Positions 48,087 through 56,766 of a stretch of 64,000 nucleotides of DNA are shown piece after piece (positions within the stretch are counted from its first letter, which is position 1; each line of letters begins with the position of its first letter). Location: the NCBI GenBank assembly GCA_963795085.1, contig CAWCFX010000001.1, positions 1,024,001 to 1,088,000 on the forward strand, given 5' to 3'. The translations under genes were made by a program, and so were the position numbers. The stretch comes from an uncultured Gemmatimonadales bacterium (GTDB taxonomy: Bacteria; Gemmatimonadota; Gemmatimonadetes; Gemmatimonadales; GWC2-71-9). The notes below the pieces were generated by a model, which was not told the origin of the DNA, did no database searches, and saw nothing but the letters and a program-made list of their open reading frames with translations.

Positions 48087-49973
48087 ATGTGCGGCATCGC
48101 CGGAATTCTCGGTCCCGAGGGCGCCGATGTCAGCGCCGCCCTGGAGCGGCTGACCGCCGGCCTGTCGCACCGGGGTCCCGATGGCACCGGCTGCCGCTAC
48201 TTTCGGGGCCGCTCCGCCGGCCTCGGCCACCGGCGGCTCAGCATCGTGGATGTCGCCACCGGCGCCCAGCCGATGAGCAACGAAGACGGCTCCGTCTGGA
48301 TCAGCTACAACGGCGAGATCTATAACCACCGGGAGGTGCGCCGCGAACTGGAAACGCGCGGCCACCGGTTCCGGACCGCGGCCGACACCGAAGTCGTGGT
48401 GCATGGGTGGGAAGAGTGGGGCGCTGGCGTCTTCGAGCGGCTGAACGGGATCTACGCCCTGGCTCTGTTCGATAGCCGGGAGGGCGGTGGAAACCTGGTG
48501 CTCGCCCGAGACCCGGTGGGCGTGAAACCGCTGTACCTGGGCCGCGGTCCCCACGGCTGGTGGTTCGCCAGCGAACTCGCCGCCGCGAGGGCCGCCGGCG
48601 TTACGGATTGCGCGGTTCGTCCCGAGGCGCTGGGCGAGTACCTCGTGTACCGGTTCATTCCCTCTCCCGGCACAATCTACCAGAACACCTGGAAAATTCC
48701 GCCGGGCCACTACTGTATCCTTCCCTCCGGCCCCGGCGCGCCGCCCGTGTTCACCGCGTTCACGACCCGCTTCGCACCAGCATCGCTCCCCGGTTCGGCT
48801 GAAGAATGGGAGGCCGCGATCCGGGACGAACTGGCCGCCGCGGTGAGCCGCCAGCTCATGTCGGACGTGCCGGTGGGTACGCTCCTCTCCGGAGGGGTGG
48901 ATTCCACCGTGATCACCCGCCTGATGCAGAACGCGCTGCCCGGTCCGCCCCACGCCTTTGCCGTCGGCATCGCCGGTGAGGGGGCGGTGAACGAGCTGGA
49001 ACCGGCTCGCCGGGCCGCGCGCGAATTGGGCGTGCCGCTCACCGGTGTGGAAGTGACCGAGGAAGATTTTCTCGCGGCCTGGCCGGCCCAGGTCACCGGG
49101 CTGGGCGAGCCGGTGGCCAACAGCGGGGTGCTGCTCGTCGGTATGCTCTGCCGCACGGTGGGGCGGACCCACAAGGTGGTGCTGAGCGGGCAGGGCGCCG
49201 ACGAGCCGCTCGGCGGCTATCCTCGTCACGCGGGAGAGCGCTGGTATCCGGTGACCCGCCATCTTGGCCCCCTGCTCCGGATGCTGCCCGAGAGCGCCGC
49301 TTCCAGCGACCGGGTGGACCGGGTCCGGCGGCTCTCCCGGGAACGGGACCGGGCCCGCCGCTTCACCGAGATCCTGGCGGTGTTTCCGCCCGCCGAGATC
49401 AGCAACCTCACCGGCAGGGCGACCGATCCCGACAGTCTCGCGGCACCGGTGCGCTACTGGCTGGCGGCCCAGAATGTCGGAGATTCGCTGAACCAGCTGC
49501 TCCGGGTAGATGCCCGGCTGTCGCTGGCGGACGACCTGTTGCTGGTGGCCGATCACATGGCGATGGCCTCGTCGGTGGAGCTGCGGGTGCCCTTTCTCGA
49601 TCTCAAGCTGCTCGCCCTGCTGGAGGCGATGCCCTCCCGCTTCAAGATCTCTCCCCGGGGCGAACGCAAGTGGCTGTACCGCCGGGCGGTGCGGTCCCTG
49701 CTGCCGGAAGGCCTGCGCGAGCCGCTCACCGGACGCCGGGAGGGCGGCGGCCCGAAGCTGGGATTTACCGCGCCCATGGACCGGTGGCTCGATCGCTGGC
49801 TCCGCGACGACGCCGGCCAGTATCTGCTGGGTTCGGGGGCCCGGCTGCCGGGGCACATCGATGGCGGGGCGGTGCAGCGCGTGCTCGTCGAGGCGGCGGG
49901 GGGACGGCCGCGCACCCGGCAACTGCTTTCCCTCTACGTCCTGGAAACCTGGCTTCGCGGTAACGCCGCGTGA
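48087..49973 (+). CDS. asnB: AsnB-type glutamine amidotransferase (polysaccharide-associated)
   Basis: MCGIAG, HRGPDG, HRRLSIVD, NGEIYN, RDPVGVKPLY, LLSGGVDS, SGQGADE, ELRVPFLD. Confidence 0.9.
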   Translation: MCGIAGILGPEGADVSAALERLTAGLSHRGPDGTGCRYFRGRSAGLGHRRLSIVDVATGAQPMSNEDGSVWISYNGEIYNHREVRRELETRGHRFRTAADTEVVVHGWEEWGAGVFERLNGIYALALFDSREGGGNLVLARDPVGVKPLYLGRGPHGWWFASELAAARAAGVTDCAVRPEALGEYLVYRFIPSPGTIYQNTWKIPPGHYCILPSGPGAPPVFTAFTTRFAPASLPGSAEEWEAAIRDELAAAVSRQLMSDVPVGTLLSGGVDSTVITRLMQNALPGPPHAFAVGIAGEGAVNELEPARRAARELGVPLTGVEVTEEDFLAAWPAQVTGLGEPVANSGVLLVGMLCRTVGRTHKVVLSGQGADEPLGGYPRHAGERWYPVTRHLGPLLRMLPESAASSDRVDRVRRLSRERDRARRFTEILAVFPPAEISNLTGRATDPDSLAAPVRYWLAAQNVGDSLNQLLRVDARLSLADDLLLVADHMAMASSVELRVPFLDLKLLALLEAMPSRFKISPRGERKWLYRRAVRSLLPEGLREPLTGRREGGGPKLGFTAPMDRWLDRWLRDDAGQYLLGSGARLPGHIDGGAVQRVLVEAAGGRPRTRQLLSLYVLETWLRGNAA

Positions 49974-50959
49974 GCGAACCGCTGCGCCTGCTCCTGGTCA
50001 CCAACATGTTTCCTACCGAGGAGAGCCCTCATTCGGGGATTTTCGTCGCGCGGGAAGCCGCTGCACTCGAGCGGGCCGGCGTGGACCTCGCGGTCGAACC
50101 CATTGCGGGCCCCCGGGGCGAACTGGACTACTTCAGGTCCCGCCGCCGGATCGGCGCGGCGGTGGCCCGGCACCAGCCCCACCTGCTTCACGCGCACTAC
50201 GGATACAGCCAGCTGGCGGCGGCGTTCCAGCGGCGCCCGTTCGTGGTGACCCTCTACGGTGACGACATCAACGGAGAGTCCGACGGGCGGGGCGGCATCA
50301 CGCTCAAGAGCCGGGCCGGCGTGGCGGCGACCCGGACGCTGGCCCGCTTCGCCCGCCGCATCATCGTGCAGAGCCAGCCCATGCGGGAGCGGCTCCGGCC
50401 CGCGCTCCGATCGCGGGCCACGGTCCTGGGGAGCGGGGTGGACGACGAGCATTTCTCGCCCGCGCCGCAGGCGGAGGCCCGGCGCCGGCTGGGGCTCGGC
50501 CCCGAGGCCCGGGTCCTGATGTTCGTCAACAGCGGGCGGCAGCCGACCAAGCGGCTCGACCTGGCCATGGCCGCCCGGGACGAACTGGCCGCGCGCGGCC
50601 GGCCGGTCCACCTGCTCGTCGCGGAATCGGTGCCCGCCGGGGAAATTCGCTGGTATTACCGCGCGGCGGACGCGCTGCTCATGACCTCCGACCTCGAAGG
50701 CTCTCCCAATTGCGTCAAGGAAGCGCTCTCCTGCGGCATCCCGGTGGTCAGTGTCGCGGTGGGCGATGTGCCCGCGCTGCTCACCCGGCCGGAACAGGGC
50801 GTGATCGTGGAGCGGACGCGGGAAGCGCTGGCGTCCGGCGTGGAGCGGGTGCTGCACGGCCGGGAAGCGGGCCGGCGCTCGCTCCTCCCGGTGCACCTGC
50901 GAGCTTCCACGGTGGCCGCCGAGCTGGTCGCCATCTACCGGTCGGTGCTGGGTGAGTAA
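49970..50959 (+). CDS. Glycosyltransferase family 4
   Basis: NMFP...P..GIFV, HAHYG, EGSPNCVKEAL, PVVSVAVGDVP. Confidence 0.85.
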   Translation: MSEPLRLLLVTNMFPTEESPHSGIFVAREAAALERAGVDLAVEPIAGPRGELDYFRSRRRIGAAVARHQPHLLHAHYGYSQLAAAFQRRPFVVTLYGDDINGESDGRGGITLKSRAGVAATRTLARFARRIIVQSQPMRERLRPALRSRATVLGSGVDDEHFSPAPQAEARRRLGLGPEARVLMFVNSGRQPTKRLDLAMAARDELAARGRPVHLLVAESVPAGEIRWYYRAADALLMTSDLEGSPNCVKEALSCGIPVVSVAVGDVPALLTRPEQGVIVERTREALASGVERVLHGREAGRRSLLPVHLRASTVAAELVAIYRSVLGE

Positions 50960-50962
50960 TTC

Positions 50963-52207
50963 ATGACTCCGGTCCGGGAGCACGCGCTCCGGCTCGCCGC
51001 CATCAGCGCGGCGGCCCGCATTCCCGGTTTCCTGATTCCCCTGGTCATCGCCGCCCTCTTCGGGGCCGGCCCGGTGACCGACGCCTACTTCCTGGCGTAT
51101 GGCGCCGTCTTCCTCACCGGCGGCACCCTGGCGCAGGGCATCGAGTCGGCGATCGTACACTTCTCGGCGTCGGCGCGGGAAAGCCGGGGCTTCGAGGACC
51201 AGGCCGCGCGCAAGGTCTGGTGGATCGCGCTGGGCGTGTGGCTGCTGGTGGTGCCCATCGTGGCCTGGGCATCGCCGGCCGACCTGGCGACGCCGGTGAT
51301 CCGGTTCGCGCTGGCCCTGACCCCGCTCGCGATTCTCTGGCCGGTGTGCGCCGCCTACTCCGGCGGCCTGGTCGCCCGCTGGAAAATTGGGCAGGCATCC
51401 GGGTCCATGCTCTGGCGCGGGGCGGGCGCCCTCGCCGGCGTGGCTGCCGCGCTCCTGGGCGGCGGCCTGATGGCCGTCGCCGTGGGGCTCGGTGTGGGAG
51501 AGCTGGGCAGGCTCGTCTGGCTGCGCCGGCAGCTGGCCCGGGTGACGCTGCGGGCTGATAGCCATCGTGATATTCCCGGCTTCGGCAAGGCGGCCACCGC
51601 CCAGGTGCTGGCCGGCGCCACCGGGGCCAGCGCCCCGTTCGTCGAACGCATCCTCGCAACCACGCTGGGGAGCGGAGGCGTCTCGATGCTGGAGTACGCA
51701 TCCCGGCTTCTGATCGTGCCCGCGGTACTGTTCGAGGGAGGCTTTGCGCCGTTGCTGCTGGCCCGGTGGTCCAACGACCTGGCCAGCGGCCGGCAGCCCA
51801 CCCGCGCCGAAGTGCTGCGGGCGGTGGGGAAGGGAATCCTCCTGGCCGCGGCCATTGCCGGCCTGCTGGCGCTGCTGGCGGGACCTGCCGTTCGGCTGCT
51901 GCTGGGCCATGGGCGGCTCTCCGTGGAAGAAGTGGCCGCCATCGCCGGACTGCTGCGGCTCCTGGCGATCGGGTTCGTGGCCACCATGGGTGCCCTGCTG
52001 CTCGAGCGGCTCTATCTTGCCCACGCACGGAACCGCCGGCTGGCCCTGCTGGCCCTCATGCGGGTCGGGGTGCGCCTCACCGTGGTGGTGCTGGCGCTCT
52101 CCCGCATGGGCCTCGGCGCCTTTGCCGCGGGCTATGCCGCCGCCGAGTGGGCCTACCTGCTCGCCCTGCTGGCGTACCTTCCGACCGGACAGACGAGGAG
52201 CGCATGA
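50963..52207 (+). CDS. MurJ/MOP-family flippase
   Basis: AALFGAGPVTDAYFLA, ERILAT.LG.GGVS.LEYASRL, many TM helices. Confidence 0.8.
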   Translation: MTPVREHALRLAAISAAARIPGFLIPLVIAALFGAGPVTDAYFLAYGAVFLTGGTLAQGIESAIVHFSASARESRGFEDQAARKVWWIALGVWLLVVPIVAWASPADLATPVIRFALALTPLAILWPVCAAYSGGLVARWKIGQASGSMLWRGAGALAGVAAALLGGGLMAVAVGLGVGELGRLVWLRRQLARVTLRADSHRDIPGFGKAATAQVLAGATGASAPFVERILATTLGSGGVSMLEYASRLLIVPAVLFEGGFAPLLLARWSNDLASGRQPTRAEVLRAVGKGILLAAAIAGLLALLAGPAVRLLLGHGRLSVEEVAAIAGLLRLLAIGFVATMGALLLERLYLAHARNRRLALLALMRVGVRLTVVVLALSRMGLGAFAAGYAAAEWAYLLALLAYLPTGQTRSA

Positions 52208-52899
52208 CGCTGGTCCCCATCGAGTGGTCCAAGGCCTACGAGTCGTGGGGGCTCTCCATGGCTTCCCTGGAACGGAGTTATTCGCCGGGGCGGCTGCTGG
52301 ATGTGTTGCGGCGCTATCTGCCCGAGTCCGGCGCCGGGCCGGTGCTGGAGCTGGGGTCGGCGCCGGGCCGCTGGCTGGCCTGGATCGAACGGCACCTCTC
52401 CCGCCCCACCGTTGGCATTGACCTGGACGCCGAAGGAACCCGGCTCAGCCGGCGGCTCTTTCCCGGCCTCCGGGTCATGCGGGGCGATGCCACCCGGCTC
52501 CCGTTCGCCGACCGGTCGTTTGCCGCGTCCTTTTCCCTCGGCCTGGTGGAGCATTTTGAAGATCCATCGCCCATCATGGAGGAGACCTTCCGGGTGGTGC
52601 GGCCCGGCGGCATCGTGGTCTGCTCGGTGCCCAACCTGGGTGCGGGCACGTTTCTTCACTGGCACTGGAAGCTCACCGCGCCCGAGCATTTCACCACCCA
52701 CCGCCCCTTTTCGCTCGACCAGTTGACGGCCCTGGTCCAGTCCGCCGGGTTTTCCATTTTGCACCGGGAATACAACGGGCTCTATGTCCCGCGGGCCCAG
52801 GGCCTGCTGGGGCGGCTGCCGGGGCGGAGGGTGCTGAGTCGGCTCGAGTCTGTGCGGTCGGCGACCAGCCTGGTGGTGGTGGGACGGCGGGACGGATGA
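52204..52899 (+). CDS. Class I SAM-dependent methyltransferase
   Basis: VLELGSAPG, GDATRLPF, LGLVEHF, RVVRPGG, SVPN. Confidence 0.85.
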   Translation: MTLVPIEWSKAYESWGLSMASLERSYSPGRLLDVLRRYLPESGAGPVLELGSAPGRWLAWIERHLSRPTVGIDLDAEGTRLSRRLFPGLRVMRGDATRLPFADRSFAASFSLGLVEHFEDPSPIMEETFRVVRPGGIVVCSVPNLGAGTFLHWHWKLTAPEHFTTHRPFSLDQLTALVQSAGFSILHREYNGLYVPRAQGLLGRLPGRRVLSRLESVRSATSLVVVGRRDG

Positions 52900-54329
52900 C
52901 CACCCTCTCGGCGCGGCGCGGCGCGGCATGGCTGGTGCTTGCCGCGGTGCTCGCGACGGTCGCGGCGGTGGAGCCCCGGGTGTCGCTGCTGCCCGCGGCA
53001 CTGCTGGTGGTGATCCTGGTGTGGCGCTGGACCGACGCCGCGCTCACGGCCGGCACCGTCGTAGTGCTCGCGGTCCGGCCGGCCACCGACATCTTCAGCA
53101 ACTCCAGCGATGCCACCGCCTCCATGGCGCTCCGGCCCTCGCCGCTCATCGGCCTGGTGGTGATCCTGGTGGCCACCGTGGTGGCAGCCCGGCGGGTGCG
53201 CTACCGCACGCCGGTATGGCCCGATGCCGGCCTGCGCCACATTCATTATTGGCTCTTCCTGGCCTACGGGATCGGGCTGTTCTCCGGGACGCTGGGGTAC
53301 GGCGCCGAGGGGTTTATCGTGGGCGTCCGCGAGATCGTGCGGATGGGAAGCACCATCGCTGCCCTGCTGCTGGTGCTCTGGTGGGTCGAGGGCCGGCCCC
53401 ACCGCTACGAGGCGGGATGGGCCCTGCTGTTCATCGGAGCGATACCGCCGCTCTCGGTGGCGGTGTGGCAATGGGCCACCGGCCAGGGCTACCTGGAGAC
53501 CGAGGGACTCAACCGGCTCTACGGGACTTTCTCCCATCCCCATTCCCTGGGGCCCTACCTGGTGCCGTTCATCCTGTTCGCGGTAGGCGGCCTGGCCGCG
53601 GCCCCGTTCCGGGGCCGGGTGCTGCGACTCGCGGTCATCGGGTTCTTCACCCTGATCCTCATCCTGACCTACAGCCGGACCAGCCTGCTGGTACTGCTGG
53701 CGGGCCTGGCGGTGCTGCCCTTCCTGCATGCGCGGCGGCTGGGCGCGCGCGGCTTCGTGCGGACGCTGGCGGCCATCGCGGTGGTCCTGGCCATCGGCTG
53801 GTGGGTCGCCGGCGGCGCCATCCGGGAGCGGTTCGCGACCATCTCGGTGGACCGCGAGGTGGTGGAGGCCGCGCTGGAAGGGCAGTCGGAGAATTCCTTC
53901 ACCTGGCGGATCCTCAACTGGGGAATTTTGGTGCGCATGGGGCTCGACCGCCCGGCCCTGGGCCACGGCGCCGCGATGACCACGGTGCTGAACCCGCTCA
54001 CCAACCAGGACTATGGCGGCAAGCCGTTCAACGCGCACAACGATTTTGTCCGCTGGTTCTTCGAGGCGGGGGTGCTGGGGCTGATCTGTTTCGTGGTCTA
54101 TGGGGCGTTGCTCTGCTGGTGGGCGCTGCAGCGGGCCTGGTCCGCGAGCCGGGCCGCCGCCCCGGGCGCCTTTGCGGTGGCCGCCGCGCTCATCGCGATG
54201 ATCTTTCTGAGCCTGGGGACCACCGAGTACTCCTCCCAGACGGCGGTGCTCTACCAGTTCAACGGCATCCTGGCGCTGCTGACCGTGGTGCCTACCCGAG
54301 CGCCGGATCCGGTTCCAGCACCAGCTTGA
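52896..54329 (+). CDS. O-antigen ligase/polymerase (Wzy_C) family protein
   Basis: Multiple TM helices, RLYGTFSHP, TYSRT, WR..NW, PALGHG, AHNDFV..FFEAGVLG. Confidence 0.85.
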   Translation: MTTLSARRGAAWLVLAAVLATVAAVEPRVSLLPAALLVVILVWRWTDAALTAGTVVVLAVRPATDIFSNSSDATASMALRPSPLIGLVVILVATVVAARRVRYRTPVWPDAGLRHIHYWLFLAYGIGLFSGTLGYGAEGFIVGVREIVRMGSTIAALLLVLWWVEGRPHRYEAGWALLFIGAIPPLSVAVWQWATGQGYLETEGLNRLYGTFSHPHSLGPYLVPFILFAVGGLAAAPFRGRVLRLAVIGFFTLILILTYSRTSLLVLLAGLAVLPFLHARRLGARGFVRTLAAIAVVLAIGWWVAGGAIRERFATISVDREVVEAALEGQSENSFTWRILNWGILVRMGLDRPALGHGAAMTTVLNPLTNQDYGGKPFNAHNDFVRWFFEAGVLGLICFVVYGALLCWWALQRAWSASRAAAPGAFAVAAALIAMIFLSLGTTEYSSQTAVLYQFNGILALLTVVPTRAPDPVPAPA

Positions 54330-55227
54330 GCCCGCCGAGGCAGAGCCCGACAAAGAGCCCGAAGAGGACGGCGACCTTGCGCTTGGGACGGCTCTTTCGC
54401 ACCGGCCGGATAGGCGGGTCCACGATGCTGATGGCCGGAGTGTTCCGCACCGCCTGCACCGCCGCCTGCTCCTGCTGGAGTCGGAGCTGGGTGTAGATCT
54501 GCTGGCTCATGTCCACCGCCCGGAGCAGCCTCCGCTCTTCGGTGGAGAGGGCGGGGGACCCGGTGATGCTCCGGTTCCGCTGGTAGAAATGGGTCAGCGC
54601 CCCTTCGGCGCTGGCGAGGTCCTTCCGTGACTCTTCGGCCCGCTCCGCATTGAAGGCCTGCTCCGCGTTGGCGCGAGCCTGCCTCAACTCGATGTTCACC
54701 TCGTTCAACGCGAGCAGGATTTCCTTCGCCAGGGCCTGGGCCAGTTCCGGCGAGGGCGCCTCGACGCTGAAGCGGACCATGTTGGTCCGGGTGTTCACCG
54801 TGGAGCCGATGGCCCGCCGCAGCCGGTTGACGGTGAGGTACTCCCGCATCTCGGCCGGCTTGCCGTCCACCCGGTAGATCTCGGCCAGGGTGGCGGTGCG
54901 ATCGTTCCAGGGAAAGGTGTCGCTGATGACCCGGCGCAGCACCGCGTCGGAGGGGAGGATATCGGCAAAGAACTGGGCGTTGACCGTCCCGCCCAGGGGC
55001 AGGCCGCCCAGCTGGGAGGCAAGACCGGCCAGCCCGCCCGGCAGCTGCAGCGCGCTCTGGGTCTCGGCCTGGAAGGCCGCCTCCGACTGGTACATGGGGT
55101 CGATCAGGAAGGAGCCGGCCCCGCCGGCGACCCCGCCGACCAGCGCGAAGGCCGCGAGCGTCTTCCAGCGGGCCCGGCCCCGATCCACCAGCCGGTTGGC
55201 CAGGGATTCCACCGTGAGTGTTGCCAT
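54292..55227 (-). CDS. Wzz/GNVR polysaccharide co-polymerase (no kinase domain)
   Basis: Two TM helices flanking a coiled-coil region; C-terminal IVDPPIRPVRKSRPKR. Confidence 0.82.
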   Translation of the reverse strand: MATLTVESLANRLVDRGRARWKTLAAFALVGGVAGGAGSFLIDPMYQSEAAFQAETQSALQLPGGLAGLASQLGGLPLGGTVNAQFFADILPSDAVLRRVISDTFPWNDRTATLAEIYRVDGKPAEMREYLTVNRLRRAIGSTVNTRTNMVRFSVEAPSPELAQALAKEILLALNEVNIELRQARANAEQAFNAERAEESRKDLASAEGALTHFYQRNRSITGSPALSTEERRLLRAVDMSQQIYTQLRLQQEQAAVQAVRNTPAISIVDPPIRPVRKSRPKRKVAVLFGLFVGLCLGGLKLVLEPDPALG

Positions 55228-55269
55228 TAGGGGAGAAGACTAGAACCGCCGGGGCCGGAGGGGAAGGCG

Positions 55270-55351
55270 GGGCGGTAAACAGGGCGGGAGAACTGGGCGG
55301 TAGAACAGGGCGGGAGAACAGAGGGCGGGAGGACAGAGGGCGGTAGAAAAC
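55270..55351 (+). repeat. Degenerate 11-17 bp tandem repeat with GGGCGGKAGAAC core, 6 copies
   Basis: gggcggtaaac agggcgggagaac tgggcggtagaac agggcgggagaac agagggcgggaggac agagggcggtagaaaac. Confidence 0.85.
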
Positions 55352-55356
55352 AGGCA

Positions 55357-55413
55357 CCCCTCTCCACGTAGTGGAGAGGGGCCGGGGGTGAGGCGAGGGG
55401 CCGGGGGTCAGGC
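55357..55413. repeat. REP-like palindrome with 19-bp tandem duplication
   Basis: CCCCTCTCCAC-GTA-GTGGAGAGGGG hairpin continuing into GAGGGGCCGGGGGT(G/C)AGGC x2. Confidence 0.75.
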
Positions 55414-55415
55414 GA

Positions 55416-55916
55416 CTACATCTTGTGCGTCGTATCGGCCGGCATGCCGGGGGCCGGGTTGCTGCTGTTCCAGATGTCCTGGGAGACCTTCCACTCGCCG
55501 TCCACCTTGGTCCAGACGTCCAGGTACCTGCCTTTGTCGGTCATCACGCCCTGGGGAGTTGAAGCGGAGAACACCCAGGTGCCCGCCTCCGTCGCCATCG
55601 TGCCGCCCGGGGCTACCTCCACGTCGGTCGGGGTGAGGACCAGCGAGGCGTTCATGGTGCCGAGTACCGCCCAGAACTGGCGGATGCTGGCGGTACCGTT
55701 CACCGGCTCCTGGTTGGGCGGATAGACCATCGCATCGGCGGTGTAGAGGGCGGCGATGGCGGAGTCATTCTTGGCGGAGATGTAGTTATTCCACTCCGCT
55801 ACGTGGTCGCGGATGGCCTTTTCCTCGGCGGCGGCGTCCACCGTCGGGGTGCCCTGGCAGGCAAAGGCGGAGAGGGTGCCGGCCAGCAGGGCCAGGCTTA
55901 ACAGGCGTAAACGCAT
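55416..55916 (-). CDS. NTF2-like / DUF4440 (YybH-like) lipoprotein
   Basis: Lipobox AFAC, AALYTADA..YPPN, DKGRYLDVWTKVDGEWKV..DIWNS; GGAG RBS before ATG 55916. Confidence 0.82.
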   Translation of the reverse strand: MRLRLLSLALLAGTLSAFACQGTPTVDAAAEEKAIRDHVAEWNNYISAKNDSAIAALYTADAMVYPPNQEPVNGTASIRQFWAVLGTMNASLVLTPTDVEVAPGGTMATEAGTWVFSASTPQGVMTDKGRYLDVWTKVDGEWKVSQDIWNSSNPAPGMPADTTHKM

Positions 55917-56025
55917 TCGGACTCCAGTTGGGGGGATGCCCGGAGAAGATGCCCCCCGTTCGGGGGAAGTCAAGCGCTGACCGGGGGATTGCTGGTTGAG
56001 GGTTGGGGGGTGGCTGCCCGCCGGG

Positions 56026-56739
56026 CTAACGCCGCGCTTTCACCCGCTTGACCACCGCCGGCCGCTGGAGATCCCGGAGGGTGTCCTTCCCGATCCACCT
56101 GGCCGTCTTGTCCTCCGCATCGGCCAGCTTCTCTGCCAGTGCCACAGCCCTTGCGTGAAGGGCCGCGTTCCGGTGGCCGATGGCCCGGAGGGCCCAGCTC
56201 ACTCCCTTCTTCACGAAGTTGCGCTCGTCGATCGCGGCTTTTTCTATCAGCGGGAAGGTGGCGAGGAACTGTTTGTCGCCGGCGGCCATGTCGTGCGCCG
56301 CCAGGCTGGCCAGCAGAGCAAAGGCGGCCCGCCGGACGTACTCTTCCCGCCGCCGGGCCCAGGCCGGCACCTTGGACCAGGCGAAAGGCGTCCGGTCGAA
56401 GAGCTTGAAGCAGGCGGTGTCGCAGATGGCCCAGTTATCGAAGTCCCGGCACCACCGGTCCAGTTGCGCCGCGGTGACCTGGTCCGGCTCCTCGACGAAG
56501 ACGGCGAGCATCCGCGCCTCGTACCAGCCGCTGGCCCAGAGCTGGGCCGCCAGGCGGTGACTCTGCCCCGCCCGCTTCGCCACCGCCTGGACGTTGCCCA
56601 TGGACACGCCGATGGCCCGGGTGGTGAAGATGCCGTACCGGGCGAGCCCGGCCAGGTCCTTGTCATGCCGTTTCTCCCGGAGCCACTGGATGGCGGTCGC
56701 GGCGTCGGGAGGAGCCGATGGCGGGCGAGCGGGGGTCAT
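56026..56739 (-). CDS. DNA alkylation repair protein (AlkD-like HEAT family)
   Basis: LWASGWYEAR, FDNWAICD, EYVRRAAF, DERNFVKKGVSWALRAIG. Confidence 0.85.
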   Translation of the reverse strand: MTPARPPSAPPDAATAIQWLREKRHDKDLAGLARYGIFTTRAIGVSMGNVQAVAKRAGQSHRLAAQLWASGWYEARMLAVFVEEPDQVTAAQLDRWCRDFDNWAICDTACFKLFDRTPFAWSKVPAWARRREEYVRRAAFALLASLAAHDMAAGDKQFLATFPLIEKAAIDERNFVKKGVSWALRAIGHRNAALHARAVALAEKLADAEDKTARWIGKDTLRDLQRPAVVKRVKARR

Positions 56740-56766
56740 GGCCGGGCGCGAGAGGGTGGGCGGCGG

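Noticed and set aside
46773..49922. 1049-aa minus-strand ORF
   Set aside because: Only the last about 400 codons (from TTG 47969) encode a GT4; the rest is the antisense shadow of asnB.
55296..55346. GGCGGTAG (ops/JUMPstart core) twice at the edge of a polysaccharide locus
   Set aside because: It lies on the template strand for the adjacent minus-strand wzz-like gene, lacks the following nnTG, and is simply part of the tandem repeat.
55270..55351. Possible CRISPR array
   Set aside because: Units are 11-17 bp and adjacent, with no unique spacers and no cas genes.
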